A stretch of DNA of 63,169 bases, the filler included, from Lenisia limosa (lineage: Eukaryota; Protista; Breviatea), in the NCBI GenBank assembly GCA_001655205.1. It is 17 parts of 17 records of this genome, joined end to end, with 100 filler letters (N's around TTAATTAATTAA, not from the genome) between each part and the next. Parts side by side here need not be neighbours in the genome. Positions count along the whole stretch, not along the records: positions 47,621 to 50,936 come from LPNZ01003451.1; positions 51,037 to 53,388 come from LPNZ01008066.1; positions 53,489 to 57,046 come from LPNZ01003208.1; positions 57,147 to 59,292 come from LPNZ01006257.1; 13 more parts are not named here. One strand, given 5' to 3'. The translations under genes and the position numbers were made by a program. The notes under the pieces are model-generated. The model made no database searches. It had not been told where the DNA came from and saw only the letters and a program-made list of their open reading frames with translations. Below, piece by piece: positions 48,205-59,392 of this stretch (positions are counted from its first letter, which is position 1; every line of letters begins with the position of its first letter).

Positions 48205-50565
48205 TTCTGCCAGTTCAGCAGTCATCGAGGGAAGTCACTCGCTCTCCCACGGCCTTTACAACCGAGGATATCACTGTGAGGGGTGTGGACTGGGACATTG
48301 TATGATCCCCTTTCACTATATATATATTTATGTCTACTAAACTAAATAATATTAATCATCGATTTAATCGGCATTAGTTGACATGTTATACATATTTACA
48401 GATAATTTTAAAAATTTTGACATTACCATCAAATTGTCCATTTATTGGAGGATATTCAACATAGAGCATTTTTGACCAGTTATTAGAGGATCATCAATTT
48501 GACCAATTATTAGATATTATCAATTCGACCCATTGTTAAAGGATCATCAATTTGACCAATTTTTAGAAGATTTACGTTGCTCCATCCGGCAATGCCACCG
48601 CCAATGGAACCCAAGATAGCCCTTATGGGTGGGGGGGGGGGGGTTTCAAATTTTCNNNNNNNNNNNNNNNNNNNNNNNNNNNNNNNNNNNNNNNNNNNNN
48701 NNNNNNNNNNNNNNNNNNNNNNNNNNNNNNNNNNNNNNNCCACTACCTACGTCGACATTATTGTTGCTCCAGGCTTGTACGTGGTACCAGCCACAGACAG
48801 CAGTTTACCAACCAAGTCGATTACTGAACAAGTGAGTGTGGCTATTGATAATTATGAAATAGTATCACTACAGATCTTTGAATTTTTTTAAACTCTTTTT
48901 ATGACTCTTTTATTAAAAAAAAACCGATCTACTGTCGGATCTTACCGGATCTTTTGTTGGATCCTACCCGGGTCCTACTCGGATCCTTTTTCGGATTCGG
49001 ATCGGGATCCGGGAACCCGGAAATATAACAACAGTCTTTCTCACACGTCAAGGCGAAACGTCACATTCGGCTTGGTACACAAGTAGTCACTCTTCCTCCC
49101 GTTCAGCAATATGGTGACGGCCTTCTTAATCCAGGGGAATTGCCTGATGAGTTGTGTGGGGTAGCATTTCCAACTGTATTTATCCGCATTATTATTGCTA
49201 CAGATGCACTAATAAGAGCCAAGGAATTTCCCAATGCAGTACAATAAAGTTCGATATAGCTGCATGACCTACAATACTATGTAATACAATGATGCTGTAC
49301 TTTTTTTGTATCATCTATTTCCCAATTTACTCCGCAGGGATGCAGCCGGGACTGGACGTGCGGTCTTTCATTTCGGAGTGGAAGAGGGAGTCATGTACCC
49401 CATTCTCACCATCAGAGCCTATAATCTTCTCATGGAGGTTAGCTGGGTTTAAATAATCCCAACGTTTTCATAAGAATCCCAAGTCAATACCTTTATGACC
49501 TTTCGATTGTTATTGTATATATGAGCTTTCACTATATACTCGACCCTGATATGTACTTTTCTCTGTATTTTCCGCTTGTCAGTTCCAAGTAAGTTCAGTC
49601 CAAAACAGACCAAAAAATATCGTCAGTTTTCGAGGATGTATCGAGAATTTCAGTCATCTTGCCAAGTGAAGCCCTAGTTCTAACTTGGTATCTTCTAGGG
49701 CCTAGTATTCCACGAATTTGGCTACCTTGATACCCACTCCACCTCAGTCGGAGTTGAACCCATCCTGCTCAATCTTTTTGCTAGTTGGCTGGAAGGGGGG
49801 TCTTATTTGCCACGTATTGTTTTTGAAACACCACCATCCCATTTTTATTTTCCTCACAAAATAGACTACGAAAACGCGGTCGTTACACTGAGAAATACTG
49901 CTATTGTCGCTTCTGAGTCCAATGGGGACTTCACCTGCGTCCATGTTACCCTATCAGTAGGGGGGTCGCTTGTGGTGAGAAAAACAAAAAAGAGGTTAAT
50001 GGGGTAAAGATGAAGGGGTAGGGTTCTGGCTCGAGAAAGCAAGATGGGTGACGGTACTCGTTTTTGGTCTTTATAACTATTCCCAAACATTTTCTCTTAT
50101 CATTCAGGTTGATTTTGGATTTTGTGTTGGGCTTCACTTCGGTTCGAAAAAGACCGGCAAAATGTCGATAGTTTTCGAGGATTTTTCGAGAAATTCAGTC
50201 TTTTTTCGAACCGAAGTGAAGCTTTAATTTTGTGTTTTACAAATTTCTACGTGGTGATAAGATGCGGTGCTGCAGAAGCGACTGGACTTGCTTTGTTTGT
50301 TTTGTTATTTTCAACCCTTGCGTGTCCCTTTAACAAGTGGTCAATTTGATGATCCTTGAACAATAGAGTCAAGAGATTTGATTTGGGCTTCTTTGTTTCA
50401 TAAATTTTACAACTCCCCTTCACCACCTAGAACCAAGCAGCGAACGTTCTATTTGATCAGTTCACGGTCCACGGCGGCGTGGTGCAAAACTCGTTCTTCT
50501 CCCCCCCGGGTTCCTATGGACATGTCAGCGTACAAGTTCTTGCTAGCTCTGTGAAAGGTCTGGAA
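48205..50565 (+). CDS. Uncharacterised beta-rich multi-exon protein fragment
   Basis: At least eight AG/GT-bounded exons, e.g. AKRHIRLGTQVVTLPPVQQYGDGLLNPGELPDEL, DAAGTGRAVFHFGVEEGVMYPILTIRAYNLLME, GFWLEKARWVTVLVFGLYNYSQTFSLIIQ, NQAANVLFDQFTVHGGVVQNSFFSPRG. Confidence 0.5.
50127..50226. mobile_element. hAT-type MITE M1 with perfect TSD ATTTTGTG, intronic
   Basis: TIRs as in other M1 copies; ATTTTGTG at 50119-50126 and 50227-50234. Confidence 0.9.
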
Positions 50566-51194
50566 GGGGGGGGGTAGAATGGAGCTTTTGTTTGCATTTA
50601 AGATCAAGAATGTTCCCTTGATACGCATAGGATTATACTTCATAGGGTCTTAGTTTACAGTACATCTTCAAAGCTTCTGATTAGCACGATAGTATTTTCA
50701 TAATGTGCTATCTACACATGTTATCTGATTTATAGCCGACTTTATAGTCGTAATCATGAAAGAAGATAACATCTGGAGTTCCCTTGATAAGTATTACAAT
50801 GTAGAGTAGTTTATTTCTTTAAACTATAGCTTGTGGGAAGTGCGTTGGGTGCGTGGTGTTATCATTTTATTTTCCCCCTCCGTCCATTCTTAGAATAAAC
50901 TCACTATTCATACGTTACATTAATATTATACTATAANNNNNNNNNNNNNNNNNNNNNNNNNNNNNNNNNNNNNNNNNNNNTTAATTAATTAANNNNNNNN
51001 NNNNNNNNNNNNNNNNNNNNNNNNNNNNNNNNNNNNTGTTGTGATTCTCCCTTTTAATACTCCGTGACAATTTATACATATGTAAACCAAGATTTTACTT
51101 GCTGTGACCAAAATAGGAGTGACCACAAGAAGTACGTCAATAAGCTTCAGAAACGCATTGGATTGTAAGCGAACTACTCATACTACATGATAAC

Positions 51195-51294
51195 TAGGGC
51201 TTCACTTCTGTTCGAAAAAAGACTGAATTTCTCGATAAATCCTCGAAAACTATCGATATCATACCGGTATTTTTCGAACCGAAGTGAAGCCTCA
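51195..51294. mobile_element. hAT-type MITE M1
   Basis: TAGGGCTTCACTTCTGTTCGAAAAAAGAC...TTTTTCGAACCGAAGTGAAGCCTCA; degenerate TSD (shares ATAAC). Confidence 0.85.
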
Positions 51295-54200
51295 TACATA
51301 ACCATTGCTCATTCGCCATATCATATGGATTAATATGGTACTGTTTGGTGTGTTGTACGCATATAATAAAACAAGTTCGTATCTGGTTGAAGCAAGACGA
51401 GCAATTGACAAGCCCGTGGGGATGAACACACACCGTATATTGTAAATCGAATGACGCTTAACTTACTAACAGTGGACCATATTCGGTTGAGCATGTTGAC
51501 AACTTTATAAAAAAGCAGTTTTGCTGGTGATCTAATGATTATTGTCTGATTATTTAGGTCTTCAGCAGCATGTGTGGTGATGTGAGGATATGGTATTTAT
51601 TCCTATTTTATTTATTTGGTTATTATTTAATACATTTTGACAAGCAGTACAAAAACGGCCTGTTTAAAATCAGAGGAGCACAATATCATTGTGTTTAAAT
51701 CAGAGGAGCTATATCATTGGAGCACTATATAAATTACACGGTGACCGGCCGTCCAAAGATTCGATAGAATAATTCACTCCATCTACAACCATTTTGATTT
51801 AAGATACGAAGCACATACACACACAAAAAAAAAATAACGATCTCCAACTTGGGCTACAGTTTTTCTTTTCGCAATTAACGTCTGCCTGTTCATTCACTGA
51901 CCGTTTTCTGACACATGAGTTTTATTTCAGTCACGTGTCACGTTTTGAAAAGTGGAAGTTCCTTACAGTAAATAGGAAGACTAATATCAAAACAATAAAA
52001 CAAAACAAAACACTCTTAGAAACAATAGACACTTTACTCGAAATCCAGCAGTACCGTCTACTCGAAATCAAGACGGAACTCTCCCTAGGCCATAAGAATC
52101 ATACTTGTGAAATATGGGATTTTGAAATATATTCATACCATATGGATCGAGAGAAAAAAAGAGTAATATGAAAAAAACAGCTGACCTTTATCACACCCCT
52201 TGGCTTGGCCTTATAGAACAGGGTAGCCTCGAAACATGACGCTTCGCCAGGGAGGGCAGGCAGAGCGACTGAGGCTTGGCCTATGGGGGAGGGGGGTAAA
52301 ATTGGAGTTTATGAAACAAAAAAAAACCAAATCAACTCAGTTGGCTGACAACACACAAGGGTTAGTAACAACAAAACAAACAAGGCCTAGGCCAGTCGCT
52401 TCTGCAGCACCGCATCCCATCACTCAAGCGTTAGGGGTTGGTGTGTATGGGGGAGGAGGTTAGAAGAAGAAAATTTCGAAGAATATTGGTGTAAAGGGAC
52501 TCGGAGGGGAATGGAGGGGGGGGGGGNNNNNNNNNNNNNNNNNNNNNNNNNNNNNNNNNNNNNNNNNNNNNNNNNNNNNNNNNNNNNNNNNNNNNNNNNN
52601 NNNNNNNNNNNNNNNNNNNNNNNNNNNNNNNNNNNNNNNNNNNNNNNNNNNNNNNNNNTTGGGTGACCAGGGTATGATTTGGGGGATTTGGGGGGAAATG
52701 ACCGTTCCAAACCTATTAAACATGCTTCAGCCAGATACAACCTTATTTATTACTCAATGCTATATGATTTATTAAATATGATCATTTGGTCTTTCGAAAT
52801 CCAAAATAAGGAGGGACTAACAAAGGCAATTCTCTTCATACCTATCAGAGTTTCACTACTCCCATCAATTTTCATTGCAGAGAGAAGCACCAGACACTAA
52901 GTAATTAACAGGAAAATCAGATTTCACAGACAATTTATTCATCTTTTTATTATTATGAGAATGCGGATACCCCCCCCCCCCCNNNNNNNNNNNNNNNNNN
53001 NNNNNNNNNNNNNNNNNNNNNNNNNNNNNNNNNNNNNNNNNNNNNNNNNNNNNNNNNNNNNNNNNNNNNNNNNNNNNNNNNNNNNNNNNNNNNNNNNNNN
53101 NNNNNNNNNNNNNNNNNNNNNNNNNNNNNNNNNNNNNNNNNNNNNNNNNNNNNNNNNNNNNNNNNNNNNNNNNNNNNNNNNNNNNNNNNATACATTTTAT
53201 CATGAACCGGGTATGTATAAATAGCAAAATAAGAAAAGAAATAAGTTGCATTTCCCCAGGTTCTTTAGATAAGATATATTATGTTATACATGGGGGGGTC
53301 TAGTGTACCTGATGTGCGTATGGTTCGGAGTTACAGGCGAATTGGATGCGCGGCACTGAGTGGGCTTGCCATGACGGCGAGGAGGTCTNNNNNNNNNNNN
53401 NNNNNNNNNNNNNNNNNNNNNNNNNNNNNNNNTTAATTAATTAANNNNNNNNNNNNNNNNNNNNNNNNNNNNNNNNNNNNNNNNNNNNGTACTATCATCA
53501 ATTCGAGTGAACAAGATGTCAGGGTTGAAGGTGTCTTGTGTGTCCGTGATCACCACGCTTCCGATCATTTCTCGAGCCTGTAGTGTTTGCTAGGGGTATA
53601 ATATAAACAAGTTTAGCTTGTACACCCTTCAATCAGGATCAGAAGCAATGCCAATTTATGCAGATGTGGAAAAGTTGATAAACAAGTCTGGTGGCGGGTT
53701 GAGTTGTTGAGGGATTGTGAGAGGGTAGTAGACGCAAGTTGGACAGTTGGACGGGCAAGGCAGAGAGAATGGTAGAAGAGGAGATAGGTGGATAGGGGGT
53801 GGTGCAGGCATTTTGGAAAAGAATGTATACACACCCCATGGGTGGAGGCCTCGGTTGCAGACAAGTTGCAGACTGGCCACGCCCGGTTCGCGTTCACCCC
53901 CCTCCCTGCCCTGCATGCCCTCCCTGCCCCTCGTAAAAACATCCAAACATTCTGACATTTGTGAAAAGACAGTCTTAGGTAAGATGTAGAAACCAGAAAC
54001 CCCATTTCTCCATGGCTCTCTACCAACCACCCCCCCCCCCNNNNNNNNNNNNNNNNNNNNNNNNNNNNNNNNNNNNNNNNNNNNNNNNNNNNNNNNNNNN
54101 NNNNNNNNNNNNNNNNNNNNNNNNNNNNNNNNNNNNNNTTTGTTGCTGTTGGTGCTATCGATCTAATTTTTGCTCGGGTTACCACTTCCAGTTACTTCCC

Positions 54201-55057
54201 GCTCATCATGTCGTTTGTGGCGCCATCTGCTCAGGTGTTTGAGTTCATCACCACCATTTCAAAGCTCAAAGTAGGTGGCTTGTCCAGTCTCTTCATTCTA
54301 ATTATCTGATCGCTTTATTTAAGGTTGTTTTGAGACAACATAACTTGTCTATCAGTGTCTCGCCCCAGTATGGTTTTGTGGAATTCAATGATCCGGTCCG
54401 GGTGTGTTATTGTTTAAACACACTTGTGTGTGTATATTGTATTCTGTGCCAAACCACACATAATATGATATGTTACCATTGAAATTTTGTCTTTTTAGTC
54501 ACACCTTTCATTCAGTTGTTGCGGTCGTAACAATTTTTTTTTGTTTTCTCATAACTTCCATAAGAATTGTAAGATCCACATGCAAAATTGGATATCGCAG
54601 CCCCAATTTTATTCCCGTGATGTTCACCAAAGACACCAATAGTTGGTAGTTTGGATATTTCTTACAACATTGCACAACCAAAACTACATCACAAACATAT
54701 CATATATTACATGCATACATTCAGTTCGTGTATTTAGGAGTACAACATTCAAGTTAGCCCAATCCAAAAAAATATCAGTCGGTCAATTATAGCCAAGACA
54801 CGAAGTGGACGACCATGTCCCTTCAGTTGATATCTAGGTTAATAATACTGTCGACCGCTCCACCAATCCAGTTAGGCCAATCAGAAACATATCTTCGGAC
54901 TCCATTACATATGCATTCCATCCAATTACAATCTCAACGATTGATGAAGAAATTCTTTTTTGTGTTTATGCAATCTCATCTCTCATCTACGTAGGCAGTC
55001 TATCTATACATCTAGCCGTTTTTACTATGCACCAGCTGTCTTTTCACTCTCCTGCAG

Positions 55058-56092
55058 TCGACACCTCGCACCGGGTGGGTGAAAAGAGGCGTGTCGCGTC
55101 CGGAGTCAATAGCTGACCACATGTACAGAATGGCAATTATGGCCATGATGGCACCACAGGGTTTGAAGGCAGACCAGTTGGGGGGAGGGGGCATGAGGGG
55201 GAGCTGTATCTTTTCGCAGTTCACTAGAAGTGTCACTCACCTCACAGCTGCGCTCTCATGGCCATAGCCCACGACTTTGCTGAGAGCGTTGTAGGCGACT
55301 TTACACCCCATTGCAAAGTAAGGGGATACGTGGATATTGTGGGGAGGGAGTACCTTCAATTGGATTACCAATTTTAATTTCTCACAAGGTGACCAAACAA
55401 GAAAAGACAGAGCTTGAGGAAAAAGCAATGTCCAGTCTTATGAACATGCTCCCTTCAGACGTTTTTGGTACGTAACGTGATCCTTTGGTCTGACAAAGTC
55501 CGTGTTTTTTAAAAAATCAAATCATCAATAGAGCTTTATGTGAAGGGATAATTGGTCATGAGTGTGTATATATTATACGATATGTATGACTACTTATTAT
55601 AGTAAAATCGTTTTGAGAAGCAAGTAATGTATCTCTGTTTATTATTGTTATTGCTTCACATTATTTTCTGGTAGTTAGTACGACAATGTGAACCTGCTCC
55701 AAAGCAGGAGATAACCTCCATCACCTCCCTTCCACAGCTCGACAGATTCATACCCTATGGCTTGAGTTTGAAGCTGGGCAAACTGAAGAGGCAAAGTAGG
55801 TGCTTGTTTACACACATAATGGGCGATAGCTAGAACCCCCCTTTTACTCCACAGGTTTGTCAGGGACCTTGACAAGTACGAAATGATTCTCCAAGCGTTC
55901 GAATATGAGCAAGGTGAGCTTGGATTTCAATCTTTCCTGTGTTATCGCCCTTCTCATTTTCCAGAGTTCCCTGAAGTTGAATTAAATGAGTTCTTCACCT
56001 CGACCGTTGGAGTGTTTGTTACCGATTGCGTAAAAGCATGGGATGCCGACTTGAGAGAAAGAAGGTCCACCTGGTTGAAGGCTAAAAAGTAG
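55058..56092 (+). CDS. HDDC2: HD-domain 5'-deoxynucleotidase HDDC2/YfbR-like; first exon not resolved
   Basis: [68 protein letters not shown]|[19 protein letters not shown]; TAG stop at 56090-56092. Confidence 0.9.
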
Positions 56093-56189
56093 ACCTTGTG
56101 CTTTGTTTTGTTTTCTGTTTTGAAAATGGAGCACCAAAACCCTCCTGGCTTCCCAAGTATACCAGTGCCATCACATGTGGGCCCGTGCT

Positions 56190-56291
56190 TAGGGCTTCAC
56201 TTCAGTTCGAAAAAGACCAGTAAAATATCGATAGTTTTTGAAGGTTTATCGAGAAATTCAGTCTTTTTTTTCGAACCGAAGTGAAGCCCTA
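56190..56291. mobile_element. hAT-type MITE M1, best-preserved copy, perfect TSD CCCGTGCT
   Basis: TAGGGCTTCACTTCAGTTCGAAAAAGAC...TTTTTCGAACCGAAGTGAAGCCCTA; CCCGTGCT at 56182-56189 and 56292-56299. Confidence 0.95.
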
Positions 56292-56396
56292 CCCGTGCTA
56301 CACGTATAGTGAGAAGACGGACCACACTAAATTGCTTGGACAAAAAAAAACCCTGAACCGGCACAAGTGGTATCAAAAAATCTATATAAAAAGGGC

Positions 56397-56888
56397 CTAC
56401 TTGAGGGCCTCTAACCTCGCCATCATATCGTCAACCTCGGCACCCTCTTGCTCCTTTGTCGGGAGGGCTCGGTCAGACACCGCTCCAGCCTAGAGGATTG
56501 ATTAGTGGACTCACTGGTAATTAGCGGTTCAGATATCAACCACTGAAAATAAAAAGAGAAACAAACGCAATATGAAAAAGCAGACAAAAAAAAAAGTGCG
56601 AGGAAAAGTGGAGTACTTTTAAATGTCAATATTGTTGTAGAGAGACTCTACCAGTCTGAGACAATACAAAAAAAAACAGATCAGTCCCTGCCCATACCTG
56701 AGCTAATGTACCAGCGGTCAGCTCGTCCATCACGCGGTTCACCTAATATCGTAGTTATGTTTGGACTTCTTATGTATCCATTTATAAAAGGGTCTCCAAA
56801 GAATGCTTACCTCGTCCTCTGCTTCATCTTCCAGACTGTCATCTTCCATTTCTGTCATATCGTTCATCATTTCCTCAATAAGTCCAGC
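56397..56888 (-). CDS. VPS24: ESCRT-III subunit VPS24/CHMP3, C-terminal part
   Basis: AGLIEEMMNDMTEMEDDSLEDEAEDE|VNRVMDELTAGTLAQ|AGAVSDRALPTKEQEGAEVDDMMARLEALK*; matches CHMP3 AGIIEEM..EVDKILFEITAG and a terminal MIM helix. Confidence 0.85.
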
Positions 56889-57984
56889 CTGTGGGGTTAG
56901 CAAGCCGATATCGTTTCAAAATGGTAATACAAAGCAGGGCTTCCCTTCTTCCCATAAACACCTTTCTAAAATTATAATATTGTTATTAGTGAACTACCAT
57001 TCCCCAATATTACGCACTACGAACACATACACACTTTCATATATTANNNNNNNNNNNNNNNNNNNNNNNNNNNNNNNNNNNNNNNNNNNNTTAATTAATT
57101 AANNNNNNNNNNNNNNNNNNNNNNNNNNNNNNNNNNNNNNNNNNNNTTCCAGAAGTAGTCTCTTAATAGTCCAGTTCATTCCCTTTTCATGGTTTTTTTT
57201 CTAATACTTTCCCCTTTTATTCCTGATCAAGTATTTGTCACAAAAGTTAAATCCCAAAAAAGCCACGTTAATACGTAGAATCAAATTCTGTATCGATACA
57301 ACTCCAACAACCCTATGAACAAACTTGATAGCCTTCGACTGTTGGTGTCTTTATCGATGACCCTTTAACGCAAAGAAGAAAGAATCCACGCTATTTATCA
57401 ATTTGCTAAAGATTTAAACCCCTGTTGGAAGTCGTCGTCGTAAGCCCAAAAAGTAAATTTTTCAATATAATATCTAGTAGCTATATCATATGCGAGTGTT
57501 TCCCAAAAACTTTCCAACAAAGTTGATTCCAGGTTTCACCCCCCAACCCTTGCAACCCTAATGTGTTGTCAGCCAACATAGTTGATTTGGGCTTTTTTTG
57601 CCACATAATCCCCCTCCTTATTGCCCTCCCCCAGTCCAGTCGTTTAGTGATGAGGGACTCAAGGACAGGTTACTTGATCATTTTCACTGTAAGTTTGGTA
57701 ATGAGGGACTCAAGGGCAGGCTGGCCTGGGCTTTGTTTGCTGGAGTGATGGGATGCGTTGCTGCAGAAGCGACGGCTTTGTTTGTTTTGTTAGCCAACAG
57801 ATTTGAGTTATTTTGATTTTTTTCTCATAAATTTTCCAATTTTTCTCACCCGTCCTTCTAGCAATCAATCGTCAGCCCACGCACCCCCCGAGTGTGTGGG
57901 AGAAGGCGTGTGACTTGAAAATGGCCTTTACCGCCTCCGTGCCGAGGGTCAAGGATTCCGAGTGGACTGGTAGGGTGTTCTGGT

Positions 57985-58110
57985 TGTTATTTGTGTGTTG
58001 TTTTGGTATTATTTGTGTGTTGTTTTGGTATTATTTGTGTGTTGTTTTGGTTTATTTGTGTGTTGTTTTGGTATTATTTGTGTTGTTTTGGTATTATTTG
58101 TATTTTGTTT
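57985..58110. repeat. Minisatellite, ~22 bp unit GTGTTGTTTTGGTATTATTTGT, ~5 copies, intronic
   Basis: Directly visible just after a GTAGGG donor. Confidence 0.85.
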
Positions 58111-59392
58111 TGGTAATATTTTGGGTGTTGGGGGTTGGAAATGCGTGGTGGTGATGAAATATTAAAATGAAGAAATATTGGGGAAACCTGCATCATAGGT
58201 CCCGAAATGATTTTTGCTGGATAAATCCTCGATAAATATCGATATTCTACTAACAATATCAGTTTTAACCTTACAGACCCCAAACGTGACATCTTCACAA
58301 CTAGTGCTGCTGTTCTCAAGTTTCTAAAAAAGGAAGGTTTGTGTTATGACTTTCTAAAATAGGAAGGTTTGTTTTTTTGGGTTTCCTTATTAGGGAGGTC
58401 TTTTTGCTATTCCTTAATCACCCCCCCCCTCCCCTTTACGCCATTTTTTCTCATCATTCTTACTTAGTCCTTCACGCCAGTATTATTCATTGAAATTTTC
58501 TTCATGTCACCCCCCCCCCACTCCGTACGCTGGAGTGATGGGATGCAGTGCTACAGACGCGACTGGCCTGTTTTGTTGTTATTAACCCTTGTGTGTTATC
58601 AGTCAACAGAGTTGTTTTTGGGGGGTTTTTTTTTCAAAAAAAATTCTAATTTCACTCCCCCCCCCCCCANNNNNNNNNNNNNNNNNNNNNNNNNNNNNNN
58701 NNNNNNNNNNNNNNNNNNNNNNNNNNNNNNNNNNNTTGGAGTGACGAGCTGAGAAAGTGGTGGCCTGAAAATAAGAATGTGGGATTGGGGCAAGAATGGA
58801 GCAGGTGTGGATTGACATCGTTTCTCACAATAAAGCTTCACTTTGGTTTCTTAAAAGACTGAATTCTTGTTAAATCCTCGTTAAATATGGATAATTTTCT
58901 GACTTTTGTAACCTCTAATCAGAACGTATCCTATTTCTTTGGTATTTTACCCCCTTCTATTCTTATTTGCCAACTGAGTTGATTTTGGGCTTCTTGTTTC
59001 ATATTTCCAATTTTACCTCCTGCTATTCCTGTCGCCCTTACCGCCCCAGAACATATGGTATGACAAGACGCTATGCGGTAAAATTTCTGCCGAACAAAAC
59101 GCCCAATACCTCACGTGCAGGCGCCGAATATTCTTGAGGAAATACGTGGGGGGTTAAGGGAGGAAATATACTATATAGCTTTGATATATTAAATGTGTCT
59201 GTGTGGGGGGGATTCTTTCTTTTTATCAGTTGTCTTTCTGGTTTTATTATTCGGTTCGTGACTAGTAGTAATTACGCCAATATTCTTCATCGNNNNNNNN
59301 NNNNNNNNNNNNNNNNNNNNNNNNNNNNNNNNNNNNTTAATTAATTAANNNNNNNNNNNNNNNNNNNNNNNNNNNNNNNNNNNNNNNNNNNN

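Noticed and set aside
52281-52425. Family A as an intron-encoded box C/D snoRNA (GTGATG near its 5' end)
   Set aside because: The C box is imperfect (GTGATGG), there is no conserved terminal CTGA, and copies are truncated and variable like decaying elements. An Rfam/covariation test would be needed to reopen this.
40372-56399. Possible stop-codon reassignment (only TAA/TAG seen as stops in six confident genes)
   Set aside because: The sample is tiny. No in-frame TGA, TAA or TAG occurred in confidently aligned exons, and Trp is TGG; apparent in-frame stops resolved as intron AGs.
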